From the NCBI GenBank assembly GCA_031082155.1, contig JAVHLL010000009.1:2052-66051 (forward strand): DNA of 64,000 nucleotides. Direction: 5' to 3'. The stretch's first letter is position 1. Every line of letters begins with the position of its first letter. A program made the translations under genes and the position numbers. Below the pieces are notes generated by a model. The model was given only the letters and a program-made list of their open reading frames with translations, ran no database searches and was not told where the DNA came from. This stretch comes from Thermodesulfovibrionales bacterium. GTDB lineage: Bacteria; Nitrospirota; Thermodesulfovibrionia; Thermodesulfovibrionales; SM23-35. Shown here piece after piece: positions 40,213-49,149 of the stretch.

Positions 40213-41210
40213 CCAACCTCCCTTAGATATTTTGCTGCGTTTTCCGGTGATGTGGGCAGGATAAAGAATCCTGAACCCCATTCAAACCCGCTTGTTCTTG
40301 TGAGCCGCGGCATTATTTCTATATGCCAGTGAAAATCCTCACCGAGTGTATGCCAGTGGTTTCTCCTGGGCACCATGTTCGGAGCAGTATGAATAAAATA
40401 ATTAAACGGAGGATTATCCAGTGTTTTCCGTAATTTTTTCAGTATCATCATAAATATAAACCCAAGGTCCTCAATCTCTTCTCCGAGTATTTCCTGGAAG
40501 GCGCATGAATGCCTTTTGGGGATTATCCAGCATTCGAACGGGAATTGCGCTGCATAGGGACAAAACGCTGCAAAATATTTCGATTCAAAAATTACCCGTT
40601 CACCAAGCCTGAGCTCTTCACTGATAATATCACAAAAGACGCACCGTTCCTTATATGCGAAATACTGCTTCGCATTATCAAGTTCATCCTTTACAAGTTT
40701 CGGGATGACCGGAGTAGCCATCAGCAGTGAGTGAGGATGCGAAAAAGTTTCCCCGGCTTCCTTGCCTGAATTTTTGTATATTAGAATATAGCGCAGTCGC
40801 GAATCCTTTTCAAGATCAGAAATTCGGTTCCTGTACAGGGTAATGATACGAATCATCTGTTCAAGACCCATGTCCTCGGGTCTCACCGAATGATCAGGCG
40901 ATTCTACAAGGATTTCATTTGCGCCAACGCTGTTCATTTTATCATAGATCCCCAGTCCCCGCCTTCCTAAATCTCCCTCTACCCGAAAAACCGGATTAAA
41001 ACTCGGAAGGGCGCGTACCCACCACTTCTTTGATCCCGGTTTTTTGATTGAGGTAATTTCATGAGGAGTTTCATCTTCCCTTCCGGGGCAGAGAATGCAG
41101 GCTGTCTCGTCAGTCTGGGCATATGAGCGGGGATATTCAGACGGACCTATTGAATCCGAGAGGACGGCAATCCATCCCCCAAGAAGAATATCCTTTCGCA
41201 GTTCATGCAT
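40209..41210 (-). CDS. GalT-like HIT-superfamily nucleotidyltransferase
   Basis: ELRKD, CILCPG, HPH motif, CVFCDI, HWHIEIMPR..GFEWGSG. Confidence 0.85.
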   Translation of the reverse strand: MHELRKDILLGGWIAVLSDSIGPSEYPRSYAQTDETACILCPGREDETPHEITSIKKPGSKKWWVRALPSFNPVFRVEGDLGRRGLGIYDKMNSVGANEILVESPDHSVRPEDMGLEQMIRIITLYRNRISDLEKDSRLRYILIYKNSGKEAGETFSHPHSLLMATPVIPKLVKDELDNAKQYFAYKERCVFCDIISEELRLGERVIFESKYFAAFCPYAAQFPFECWIIPKRHSCAFQEILGEEIEDLGFIFMMILKKLRKTLDNPPFNYFIHTAPNMVPRRNHWHTLGEDFHWHIEIMPRLTRTSGFEWGSGFFILPTSPENAAKYLREVG

Positions 41211-41964
41211 GAGTGTTCCTCATATAGAGTATCTTTAACCCGTTGAGGGTAAGATAAGGATGCAGAGTGTGTTTTTTCTTTAAAAACGATGAAATAAGGC
41301 TCCCGTATCCACCTGTTACAATAACCCTGAAAGGTAAACCGGTCTCCTGTTCGATTTCACTGACAATTCTTTCTACCCCGCCGGCTGTTCCGAACAGGAG
41401 TCCGGATTGAATGCAGTGCGTGGTATTCGTTCCCAGTGCAGACCGCAGAGGGGTAAGCGGAACCTTTGGCAGTTGAGCGGTTTGCCGGGCCAGCGACTCG
41501 TTCATCAACCTGATACCGGGGATGATTGCACCTCCAATAAAATGGGAATCATTCATTATACTGATTGTAGTGGCTGTGCCAAAATCTGCAATAACAACAG
41601 GCCCGCTTTGCAGCTCATGGGCTGCAACGGCATTGGCAATTCTGTCGGAACCGAGCTTTTCCGGTTCCGGTATATCGAAGATAAGGCCTGTATCTATTGT
41701 GCAGTTTACGACTAAAGGGTCAGCGGCTATGAGCTGTTTCAGGGTTTCCCTGAAGACTCTGGTATGGCCCGGTACGACTGAAGATAGTATAACCCCTGCA
41801 GAGGTTTTTTCTACATCATTTTCTGACAGAAATGTATCGAAAAGAGACGTGTATTCGGCGACCGTGAGTAAGGGCAAGGTGTCGAGCCTCTGGACGGAGA
41901 GTCCTGAATCGGTAAAAAAACCTATGTTTATTGATGAGTTGCCAATATCTATCGCGATGAGCAT
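41203..41964 (-). CDS. coaX: type III pantothenate kinase
   Basis: IDIGNS, SSVVP, LGSDR, DFGTATT, GGAIIPG, TGG. Confidence 0.95.
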   Translation of the reverse strand: MLIAIDIGNSSINIGFFTDSGLSVQRLDTLPLLTVAEYTSLFDTFLSENDVEKTSAGVILSSVVPGHTRVFRETLKQLIAADPLVVNCTIDTGLIFDIPEPEKLGSDRIANAVAAHELQSGPVVIADFGTATTISIMNDSHFIGGAIIPGIRLMNESLARQTAQLPKVPLTPLRSALGTNTTHCIQSGLLFGTAGGVERIVSEIEQETGLPFRVIVTGGYGSLISSFLKKKHTLHPYLTLNGLKILYMRNTHA

Positions 41965-42741
41965 CTATCGTAAAACCGTTAAATCACCTGAATGAATCTT
42001 TTCCACTTTTCCTGATGCAAGCCTGAGAATCAGCCTGCCCTCCCCGTCGACGGACTCCGCGGCGCCGAAAAGTGTTCTGTTTCCGATGACGACAGTGACC
42101 TTTTTCCCAAGAGTGGAAGAAAGACCTTGCCATTCTTCAAGAAGTATGTGTTTTCCCCCGTTCTTGAGGATCGCATACCACCGGTCAATTTCATTTAGTG
42201 TTGCCGAGATTAACCTTTCCCTCGAAACGGCTGAACCTTTCTCAATTTTGATTGATGTTGCTGTTTCTCTGATATCCTCGGGCAACTGAGTACGTCCGCT
42301 GTTTACATTGATTCCTATTCCAACGACCGCATGGGTTATTCTCTTATCCTTCAATTTCAATTCTGTAAGAATTCCGCCGATTTTTTTGTCAGAAACAATA
42401 AGGTCATTTGGCCATTTAATAGTCGCATTGAGGCCTGTTGTCTTTCTGATCGCAGTGGTGCAGGCGACCGCACTCATTAAAGTTATCAGCGTCACCTCTG
42501 AATGCTCTATATGGGGTTTGAGGAGAATGCTCATGTAAATGTTTTTTTCAGGAGGTGACCACCAAGTTCTGCCGAGCCTCCCTTTTCCCTTGTTCTGGCT
42601 GTCGGCAATAATTACCAAACCTTCGGCAGATGAGTCAGCAAGGCCTAAAACAAGGGTGTTGGTTGAGCCGGTATTCTGGTAAAATAATATTTTTTTTCCG
42701 ATCTCCCCACGGACCTTCTTTTTAATCGTTTCACAGTTCAC
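41965..42741 (-). CDS. birA: biotin--protein ligase (no HTH)
   Basis: STNT, QNKGKGRLGRTW, KWPND, KIGGIL, GIGINV. Confidence 0.93.
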   Translation of the reverse strand: MNCETIKKKVRGEIGKKILFYQNTGSTNTLVLGLADSSAEGLVIIADSQNKGKGRLGRTWWSPPEKNIYMSILLKPHIEHSEVTLITLMSAVACTTAIRKTTGLNATIKWPNDLIVSDKKIGGILTELKLKDKRITHAVVGIGINVNSGRTQLPEDIRETATSIKIEKGSAVSRERLISATLNEIDRWYAILKNGGKHILLEEWQGLSSTLGKKVTVVIGNRTLFGAAESVDGEGRLILRLASGKVEKIHSGDLTVLR

Positions 42742-42743
42742 CC

Positions 42744-43442
42744 CTATTCTTCTTTCAATATTACAACCTCGATCTTGTTTTTCAACCCCTTGGCGAATTT
42801 CTTCGCATCATCGAGAGAGCCCACAATGGAGGCATAATGCATGGGAATTGCGATCTTTGGTTTTATGTCGAGGGCGGCCTGGATCGCTTCCTCAGCCGTC
42901 ATTACATAAGTGCCGGATACAGGAAGAAGCGCGATGTCTGCGTGAAAGGTCTTCATTTCCGGGATATAATCGGTGTCCCCTGCGAGGTAAACCCGCTGAC
43001 CTTTCACTGTGAAGATATAGCCAACCCACCCTCTGTCTTTCGTATGGAACTGTTTGTTGGTGTTATAAGAAGGCACAACCTCGATTGCTATGCCTTCAAC
43101 CGTAATCTTATCCCCTGGTTTTACGATTTTTATTTTGCCGGTCAGTTTCTTTGCGCAATCGGCGGTTGCCACAATTACTGTTTCCGGACCCTGTATCATC
43201 TTTACATCATCCGGTGAGCAGTGATCAGAATGCTCATGGGTGATCAAAATAATATCAGCGGTATCCCTCTTTTTAATCTTGAAAGGATCAGTATAAATTA
43301 CCTTTTCCCCGACTATTTTGAAGGTATCATGTCCAAGCCAGTGAATGTCTTTTACCATAGTTTTAGCCCCCTTTCCCTCTGCCATGACTGATCCGGGCAG
43401 GAGTATAATAAGAAATGAAAACAGCACGAGAAAACTCCGCAT
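42744..43442 (-). CDS. MBL-fold metallo-hydrolase with signal peptide
   Basis: WLGH, THEHSDH, AGDT, IPMHY. Confidence 0.9.
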   Translation of the reverse strand: MRSFLVLFSFLIILLPGSVMAEGKGAKTMVKDIHWLGHDTFKIVGEKVIYTDPFKIKKRDTADIILITHEHSDHCSPDDVKMIQGPETVIVATADCAKKLTGKIKIVKPGDKITVEGIAIEVVPSYNTNKQFHTKDRGWVGYIFTVKGQRVYLAGDTDYIPEMKTFHADIALLPVSGTYVMTAEEAIQAALDIKPKIAIPMHYASIVGSLDDAKKFAKGLKNKIEVVILKEE

Positions 43443-43614
43443 TTTTACCCCTTTACAAGGAATTATATCACAAATAACTGGTATAATAATGAGGATTTGC
43501 TCCGTAGGAATACCCGATGGCTCGCCATGAGACGAAGCAGTGAAAGACGCTTCGGCGTTTACACAGGATTCAATTTCTCATGTGCAATTCCCGCGGGGTT
43601 ATCACTGTGACGCG

Positions 43615-44385
43615 ATGGGAAAAATCATAACCATAGTTAATCAAAAAGGGGGGGTCGGGAAGACAACGACCACGATCAACCTTGCTGCATCGCTTGCCCT
43701 TGCTGAAAAAGACATTCTCGTTATCGATACCGACCCGCAGGGAAATTCTACATCGGGACTTGGAATACCGAGGGAGACTCTCGAAAAAAGCCTCTACGAT
43801 GTCTATTCAGGCAACTGTGATATCAATGAAGCCATAATGATGACTGCAGTAGACCATCTCACAGTGATACCATCCACAATAGACCTGCTCGGCGTTGAGG
43901 TCGAGCTTGTAAGTAAAGAGGGGCGGGAATATCTCCTCTCAAGGGCTTTAGGTGCCGTCAAAGACCGGTATCGGTACATCTTCATTGATTGTCCGCCCTC
44001 TCTGGGGTTGCTTACGTTAAACGCACTTGTCGCTGCTGACTCGGTCATCGTACCCGTGCAGTGTGAATATTATTCCCTTGAGGGGCTCGGTCTTCTGACG
44101 AAGACCTTGCGTCTGGTAAGAGGCTCTTTTAATCCTGGGCTCGAAATTGAAGGAATTCTCCTCACCATGTATGATGCAAGAAACAACCTCGCACATGAAG
44201 TGGCAGGCGAGGTGAGGAAACATTTCGGTGACAAGGTTTATAATACAGTCATCCCGAGAAATGTGTCCCTTGGAGAGGCTCCCAGCTATGGGAAACCGGT
44301 GATTTTTTATGATATCCGCTCGAAAGGCGCGCAGAGCTACCTTGCCCTTGCAAAGGAGATACTGAATGAAAACGGCGCTCGGTAA
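43615..44385 (+). CDS. parA: chromosome partitioning ATPase ParA/Soj
   Basis: NQKGGVGKTT, DPQGN, DCPPSLG, IPRNVSLGEAPS. Confidence 0.96.
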   Translation: MGKIITIVNQKGGVGKTTTTINLAASLALAEKDILVIDTDPQGNSTSGLGIPRETLEKSLYDVYSGNCDINEAIMMTAVDHLTVIPSTIDLLGVEVELVSKEGREYLLSRALGAVKDRYRYIFIDCPPSLGLLTLNALVAADSVIVPVQCEYYSLEGLGLLTKTLRLVRGSFNPGLEIEGILLTMYDARNNLAHEVAGEVRKHFGDKVYNTVIPRNVSLGEAPSYGKPVIFYDIRSKGAQSYLALAKEILNENGAR

Positions 44386-45184
44386 AGGGCTCGATGCCCT
44401 TATTCCTGCAAAAGGGGAAGAGGTCATTCATCTCGATCTGACCAGGATATTTCCAGGAGAACAACAGCCGAGAAAAACCTTCAGGGACGATTCCCTGAAT
44501 GACCTGGCTGTCTCTATCAGAGAAAAAGGAGTACTTCAGCCGATTATTGTCTCCAGGATTGGTGACGGGACTTTCAGACTTATCACCGGCGAGCGCAGAT
44601 GGAGGGCCGCAGGGATTGCCGGACTGAAAAAGATACCGGCATTAGTAAAAAATGTGGCGTCAAAAGAGTCTCTTGAGATAGCACTCATAGAAAACATTCA
44701 AAGGGAAGATCTCAATCCAATTGAGGCTGCCGATGCATTCAACAGGCTTATCACCGAATTTAATCTGAAGCAGGAAGAAGTCTCTGACAGGGTAGGAAAA
44801 GACAGAACCACGATCGCCAATTATCTGAGGCTTCTGAAACTGCCTGAAGAGGTAAAATCTCTTCTCTATAACGGTTCTCTCACTATGGGTCATGCAAAGG
44901 CCATTCTTGCCATAGAAGGCAAGGCTAAACAGATAGATGCTGCAAGAAACATAGTCAAGCGGGGGCTCAGTGTGAGAGAAGCCGAATCGCTCTCGAAAAC
45001 AGTTCCCAGGCCCCCAAAATCCCGCATTGCTCAAGACCCCCAGATTTCGTCTCTTGAGGAGAAATTGAAAAGGGGCCTCGGCACAAAGGTGAGGATACTC
45101 AATCATGGCAAGAAAGGAAAGATAGAAATAGAGTACTATTCCCTTGAGGAACTCGACAGGTTGCTGGAGATTCTGCTCGGATAA
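44366..45184 (+). CDS. parB: chromosome partitioning protein ParB/Spo0J
   Basis: LGKGLDAL, QPR, GERRWRA, ENIQREDLNPIE, HTH. Confidence 0.96.
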   Translation: MKTALGKGLDALIPAKGEEVIHLDLTRIFPGEQQPRKTFRDDSLNDLAVSIREKGVLQPIIVSRIGDGTFRLITGERRWRAAGIAGLKKIPALVKNVASKESLEIALIENIQREDLNPIEAADAFNRLITEFNLKQEEVSDRVGKDRTTIANYLRLLKLPEEVKSLLYNGSLTMGHAKAILAIEGKAKQIDAARNIVKRGLSVREAESLSKTVPRPPKSRIAQDPQISSLEEKLKRGLGTKVRILNHGKKGKIEIEYYSLEELDRLLEILLG

Positions 45185-45236
45185 ATGAGTTCAATCACGC
45201 TTCTGTTGTGCACACAAGAAAACGAAGGAGGAGTAC

Positions 45237-46181
45237 ATGCAGGAAACCCCTGAACTATATGATGTTCTTATCATAGGCGGAGGCCCTGCGGGCCTTACTG
45301 CCGGTCAGTATGCATCGAGGGCCAAATTGAAGACAATTATCCTCGATAAATCACCAACAGCAGGCGCGCTTGCCTATTCCAGCAAGATAGAAAACTATCC
45401 GGGGCTTACCCATCCCCTACCCGGGAAAGAATTACTTGATATCATGAGAAATCAGGCCACAGGATTCGGAGCTGAGTATGTAGAAACTCAGGTAGTGGGA
45501 GTGAATGTCGCCGAGGATAGAAAGGAAGTTATTACCATGGACAGAGCATACAGCGGAAAAACATTGATAATAGCTACCGGTTCCATGGGCAGAAAACCGA
45601 CGATTCAAGGTGAAGGAGAGTTCCTCGGAAAGGGAGTAAGCTATTGTGCTATTTGCGATGCAGCTTTTTATCGGGGATTGAAAGTATGTGTAATTGGAAA
45701 TTCTGAAGAAGCGGTAAAAGAAGCAAAGGTACTTACACGCTTTGCCGAGACAGTGTATCTTATTTCCCCTACCCCCAAAATTCATGGTGACGAGGCTTCA
45801 CTGGACGAGCCGGGATTGAAAGTATTGTTGGGATATACCGTGACTTCCATTGAAGGGAGCGGGCTTGTTGAAAGGATAAGAATGCGCGATCCTGAAAATA
45901 AAGAGACCGAGCTTGAGCTTGCCGGGGTCTTCGTATATCTGCACGGGAATAAACCTGTAGTGGATTTCCTTTTTGGAGCAGTTGAGACGCAAGAGGATGG
46001 ATGCATTCCCGTACATTCTATGATGGAGACGTCAATGCCCGGAGTTTTCGCAGCAGGCGACGTCACTTGTACAGAAGTGAGACAGGTGGTGGTGGCTGCG
46101 TCGCAGGGTTGTCTCGCTGCACTCTCGGCAGAGAAGTATATTTTCAAGAGAAAGAAATTGAAGAGCGACTGGGCAAAATAA
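45237..46181 (+). CDS. trxB: thioredoxin reductase-family flavoprotein (probably NADPH-independent)
   Basis: GGGPAG, GVSYCAICD, AAGD; NADPH motifs replaced by GNSEEA and ISPT; C-terminal DW. Confidence 0.85.
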   Translation: MQETPELYDVLIIGGGPAGLTAGQYASRAKLKTIILDKSPTAGALAYSSKIENYPGLTHPLPGKELLDIMRNQATGFGAEYVETQVVGVNVAEDRKEVITMDRAYSGKTLIIATGSMGRKPTIQGEGEFLGKGVSYCAICDAAFYRGLKVCVIGNSEEAVKEAKVLTRFAETVYLISPTPKIHGDEASLDEPGLKVLLGYTVTSIEGSGLVERIRMRDPENKETELELAGVFVYLHGNKPVVDFLFGAVETQEDGCIPVHSMMETSMPGVFAAGDVTCTEVRQVVVAASQGCLAALSAEKYIFKRKKLKSDWAK

Positions 46182-46184
46182 TTG

Positions 46185-46919
46185 CTACTTTGCTTTGCTC
46201 AGAAGGGCAATTAATTCCGCTGCGTTTTTCGGGGCGTACCCGAGGACATCGTTATTGAAATACACAAAGACATCCCGCTTTTTTTTCAGATGGGTCCTTA
46301 TGAATTTCACATCTTCCCTGAGGGATTCGGGAGGATAGTCTGTTGCATAACTCCCTTCCTGGCCGTGTTTCCTCATATAAATGAAATCAGACGTTACGGG
46401 AAGTTTCTTGAGAAACTCCGGATGGTCTGCAATGCAGAGCCCTGCGTTTTCCTTTTCGAGCACAGTATAAACTTTTTTATTCATCCATGTCTTGCTCCTG
46501 AATTCAAAGGCGTTCCTCGTGTTGTACGGTTTCAGTATCTCGAGAAATTCTTGCATACGATTCAGGTCGGCATTGAAGGTCGGCGGGAGTTGCCAGAGGA
46601 TAATTCCCAGCTTTTCTTTCAGAACAGCAGCCCTTGAAAAAAATGCCTCAATAGGCTCTGCACAATCTTTTAGTTTCTTTACATGGGTGATGAACCTGCT
46701 TGCCTTCAGGGAGAAGACGAAATCATCAGGTGTTGCGGCATACCACTTGGCGAAAGTTTCCCTTTCCGGAAGACGATAAAAGGTAACGTTCAGCTCAACT
46801 GTGGAAAAGCGTCTGCAGTAATATTCAATCCAATGGTTTTTTGGGAGGTCGTCGGGATAGAAACTCCCCCTCCAATGATCATAGAGAAAACCGCTGCACC
46901 CAATCCTTAAGTAGGCCAC
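46185..46919 (-). CDS. DUF72 domain protein
   Basis: IGCSGF.Y.HW.G.FYP, VELNVTFY, QLPP, YFNND. Confidence 0.93.
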   Translation of the reverse strand: MAYLRIGCSGFLYDHWRGSFYPDDLPKNHWIEYYCRRFSTVELNVTFYRLPERETFAKWYAATPDDFVFSLKASRFITHVKKLKDCAEPIEAFFSRAAVLKEKLGIILWQLPPTFNADLNRMQEFLEILKPYNTRNAFEFRSKTWMNKKVYTVLEKENAGLCIADHPEFLKKLPVTSDFIYMRKHGQEGSYATDYPPESLREDVKFIRTHLKKKRDVFVYFNNDVLGYAPKNAAELIALLSKAK

Positions 46920-46959
46920 TGTATACTATTATATCATAAGGAAGAGGCAAGCGGGTGTG

Positions 46960-49086
46960 TTACCTCATAATCCTGAGAACCCCTTCAAGTTGGGCAATTT
47001 TTTGTGTGAGCGCAGCAAGCTGCTTCTTATCCCTGACATCGAGGATGAAGGTGATATGAGCTTTTTTATCTTCTGTAGTGCTTGCTTTCAGCTGGCTGAT
47101 ATTCACTTCTACCGACGATATGAGAGCGCTGAGGCTCGCAATCATGCCGGGCTTGTCAATAGTTTCAAGGAATAACTTTACCGGTGTGGTAATATCGCCC
47201 TCTACTTTCCATTCAACATCAACAATCCGGGCGTCATCGACTGCTGTTTTATCCAGATTCGGACAGTCCTTTCGATGGATCGTCACGCCCCTCCCCCGTG
47301 TTACAAATCCGATCAGCGGATCTCCCGGTATCGGAAAGCAGCATTTGGCGGTATGGTACAACACGTTGTCCACTCCTTTTATGGTGATTCCCTTATGCTC
47401 TTTCGGCGGTTTTACCGTCTTCGGGACAGGGACCTCATCAACCGGTTTTTCCGGCAATAATTTATTGACAAATTGATGTGCAGACAATTTGCCATGACCA
47501 ATAAATGCATGGAGATCTTCCAGTGTCTGGATATTGAAAAATTTCAGGACCTTTTCCATCTCCTCCGATTTCAGCACTGACTGACTGAGATCATGTCTTC
47601 TCAGTTCACTCTCGAGCAGTTTCTGCCCGAGTTCGATGCTCTGTTTCCGTTCCTCTGCTTTAATCCATTGTTTTATCCTGTTTTTTGCCCGCTGGGTTAC
47701 GACGAATTTCAGCCAGTCCCTGCTTGGGCTCTGCGCAGGTGATGTCATAATCTCTACGGTATCGCCATTCCTCAAAGTGTACCTCAGGGGCATGATTTTC
47801 CCATTGACCTTCGCACCGACACAACGATTGCCTACCTGGGTATGCACGCTGTACGCAAAATCTACAGGGGTTGATCCCACGGGCATTTCCTTTATCTCAC
47901 CCATTGGGGTAAAAATATAGATAACATCGGGGACAACCTCGCCTTTGACCGCATCGAGAAAATCTTTTGCATCCTTCAGTTCTTTCTGGGCCTGCATCAA
48001 CTCCCTGAACCATGAAATATAGCGGTCGCTTTTTTCATCTATCCTGCTTTTTTCCTTGTATTTCCAGTGAGAGGCAATACCATGCTCTGCAATCATATGC
48101 ATTTCCAGGGTCCTTATCTGAAATTCTACCCGTTCGCCCTTTGGCCCTATGACAGTGGTATGGAGGGACTGGTACATATTCGATTTTGGAACGCCGATAT
48201 AGTCTTTAAACCTGCCGGGCACAGGGGACCAGAGGGAATGGATAAGACCGAGGATTGCGTAACAGTTTGCTTTTGTATCCGTGATTATCCTCAAGCCGAG
48301 AACGTCGTGGACCTGTTCGAAGGTAATTCTCTGCGCCAGCATTTTCTGATAGATTCCATAGTAATGTTTTATCCTCCATGAAACATCCCCGGGAATATGC
48401 TCTTCTTCCAGTTTGCGTTTGAATATTCCTGTCACATCCCGCAGGTATGCTTCCTGTTCTTCTTTTCTTGTGGCGACCTTTCTTTCGAGGTCATTATAAA
48501 GATCGGGCATGAGGGCCTTGAAACTGAGATCCTCAAATTCGGTCCGCAACCAGCCGATACCGAGCCTGTTGGCTATCGGCGCATAAATCTCGAGGGTTTC
48601 TGTCGCGATCCGCAGTCTCTTGTTTTCCGAAAGATGATGCAGCGTGCGCATATTATGAAGCCTGTCAGCGAATTTTATCAAAACGACCCGGATATCCTCT
48701 GCCATGGCGAGGATCATCTTTCGGAAGTTCTCGGCCTGAGCCTCCTCCCGTGTAGTGAATTCCATACGGGAGATCTTGGTCAGAGATTCGACGAGAAATG
48801 CGATTTCCTGTCCGAACATATTCCGAATATTTTCAACGGAAGCTTCTGTATCTTCTATTGTGTCATGGAGAAGACCGGCGGCAATAGTTGTTATGTCCAT
48901 TTTCATATCGGCAAGGATAGATGCAACAGCCAGGGGATGTTCTATATACGGCGAGCCTTCTGCCCTTTGCTGGGTACCATGTGCTTCTCTTGAAAAGGCA
49001 TATGCGCGTTTTAATACAGAAACCTCAGCGTCAGGGGTATAGGCCAGGATTTTCTCGATTAGGGATTCAATGGTGTAGTCGGTCAT
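46960..49086 (-). CDS. rel: bifunctional (p)ppGpp synthetase/hydrolase (long RSH)
   Basis: LLHDTIED, ADRLHNMRTL, RFKDYI, YQSLHT, TGS and ACT domains. Confidence 0.96.
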   Translation of the reverse strand: MTDYTIESLIEKILAYTPDAEVSVLKRAYAFSREAHGTQQRAEGSPYIEHPLAVASILADMKMDITTIAAGLLHDTIEDTEASVENIRNMFGQEIAFLVESLTKISRMEFTTREEAQAENFRKMILAMAEDIRVVLIKFADRLHNMRTLHHLSENKRLRIATETLEIYAPIANRLGIGWLRTEFEDLSFKALMPDLYNDLERKVATRKEEQEAYLRDVTGIFKRKLEEEHIPGDVSWRIKHYYGIYQKMLAQRITFEQVHDVLGLRIITDTKANCYAILGLIHSLWSPVPGRFKDYIGVPKSNMYQSLHTTVIGPKGERVEFQIRTLEMHMIAEHGIASHWKYKEKSRIDEKSDRYISWFRELMQAQKELKDAKDFLDAVKGEVVPDVIYIFTPMGEIKEMPVGSTPVDFAYSVHTQVGNRCVGAKVNGKIMPLRYTLRNGDTVEIMTSPAQSPSRDWLKFVVTQRAKNRIKQWIKAEERKQSIELGQKLLESELRRHDLSQSVLKSEEMEKVLKFFNIQTLEDLHAFIGHGKLSAHQFVNKLLPEKPVDEVPVPKTVKPPKEHKGITIKGVDNVLYHTAKCCFPIPGDPLIGFVTRGRGVTIHRKDCPNLDKTAVDDARIVDVEWKVEGDITTPVKLFLETIDKPGMIASLSALISSVEVNISQLKASTTEDKKAHITFILDVRDKKQLAALTQKIAQLEGVLRIMR

Positions 49087-49149
49087 ATTTGTTTATTATA
49101 CAACGGCAAGGTTTGATAGATGATATGAATTGGGAAGAGGTGCGGTGAA

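Noticed and set aside
43500-43614. Possible fluoride riboswitch or sRNA upstream of parA (GATGGCTCGCCAT; CGAAGC..GCTTCG hairpin)
   Set aside because: Lacks the downstream GCTGATGAC-like conserved element, and the gene context does not fit
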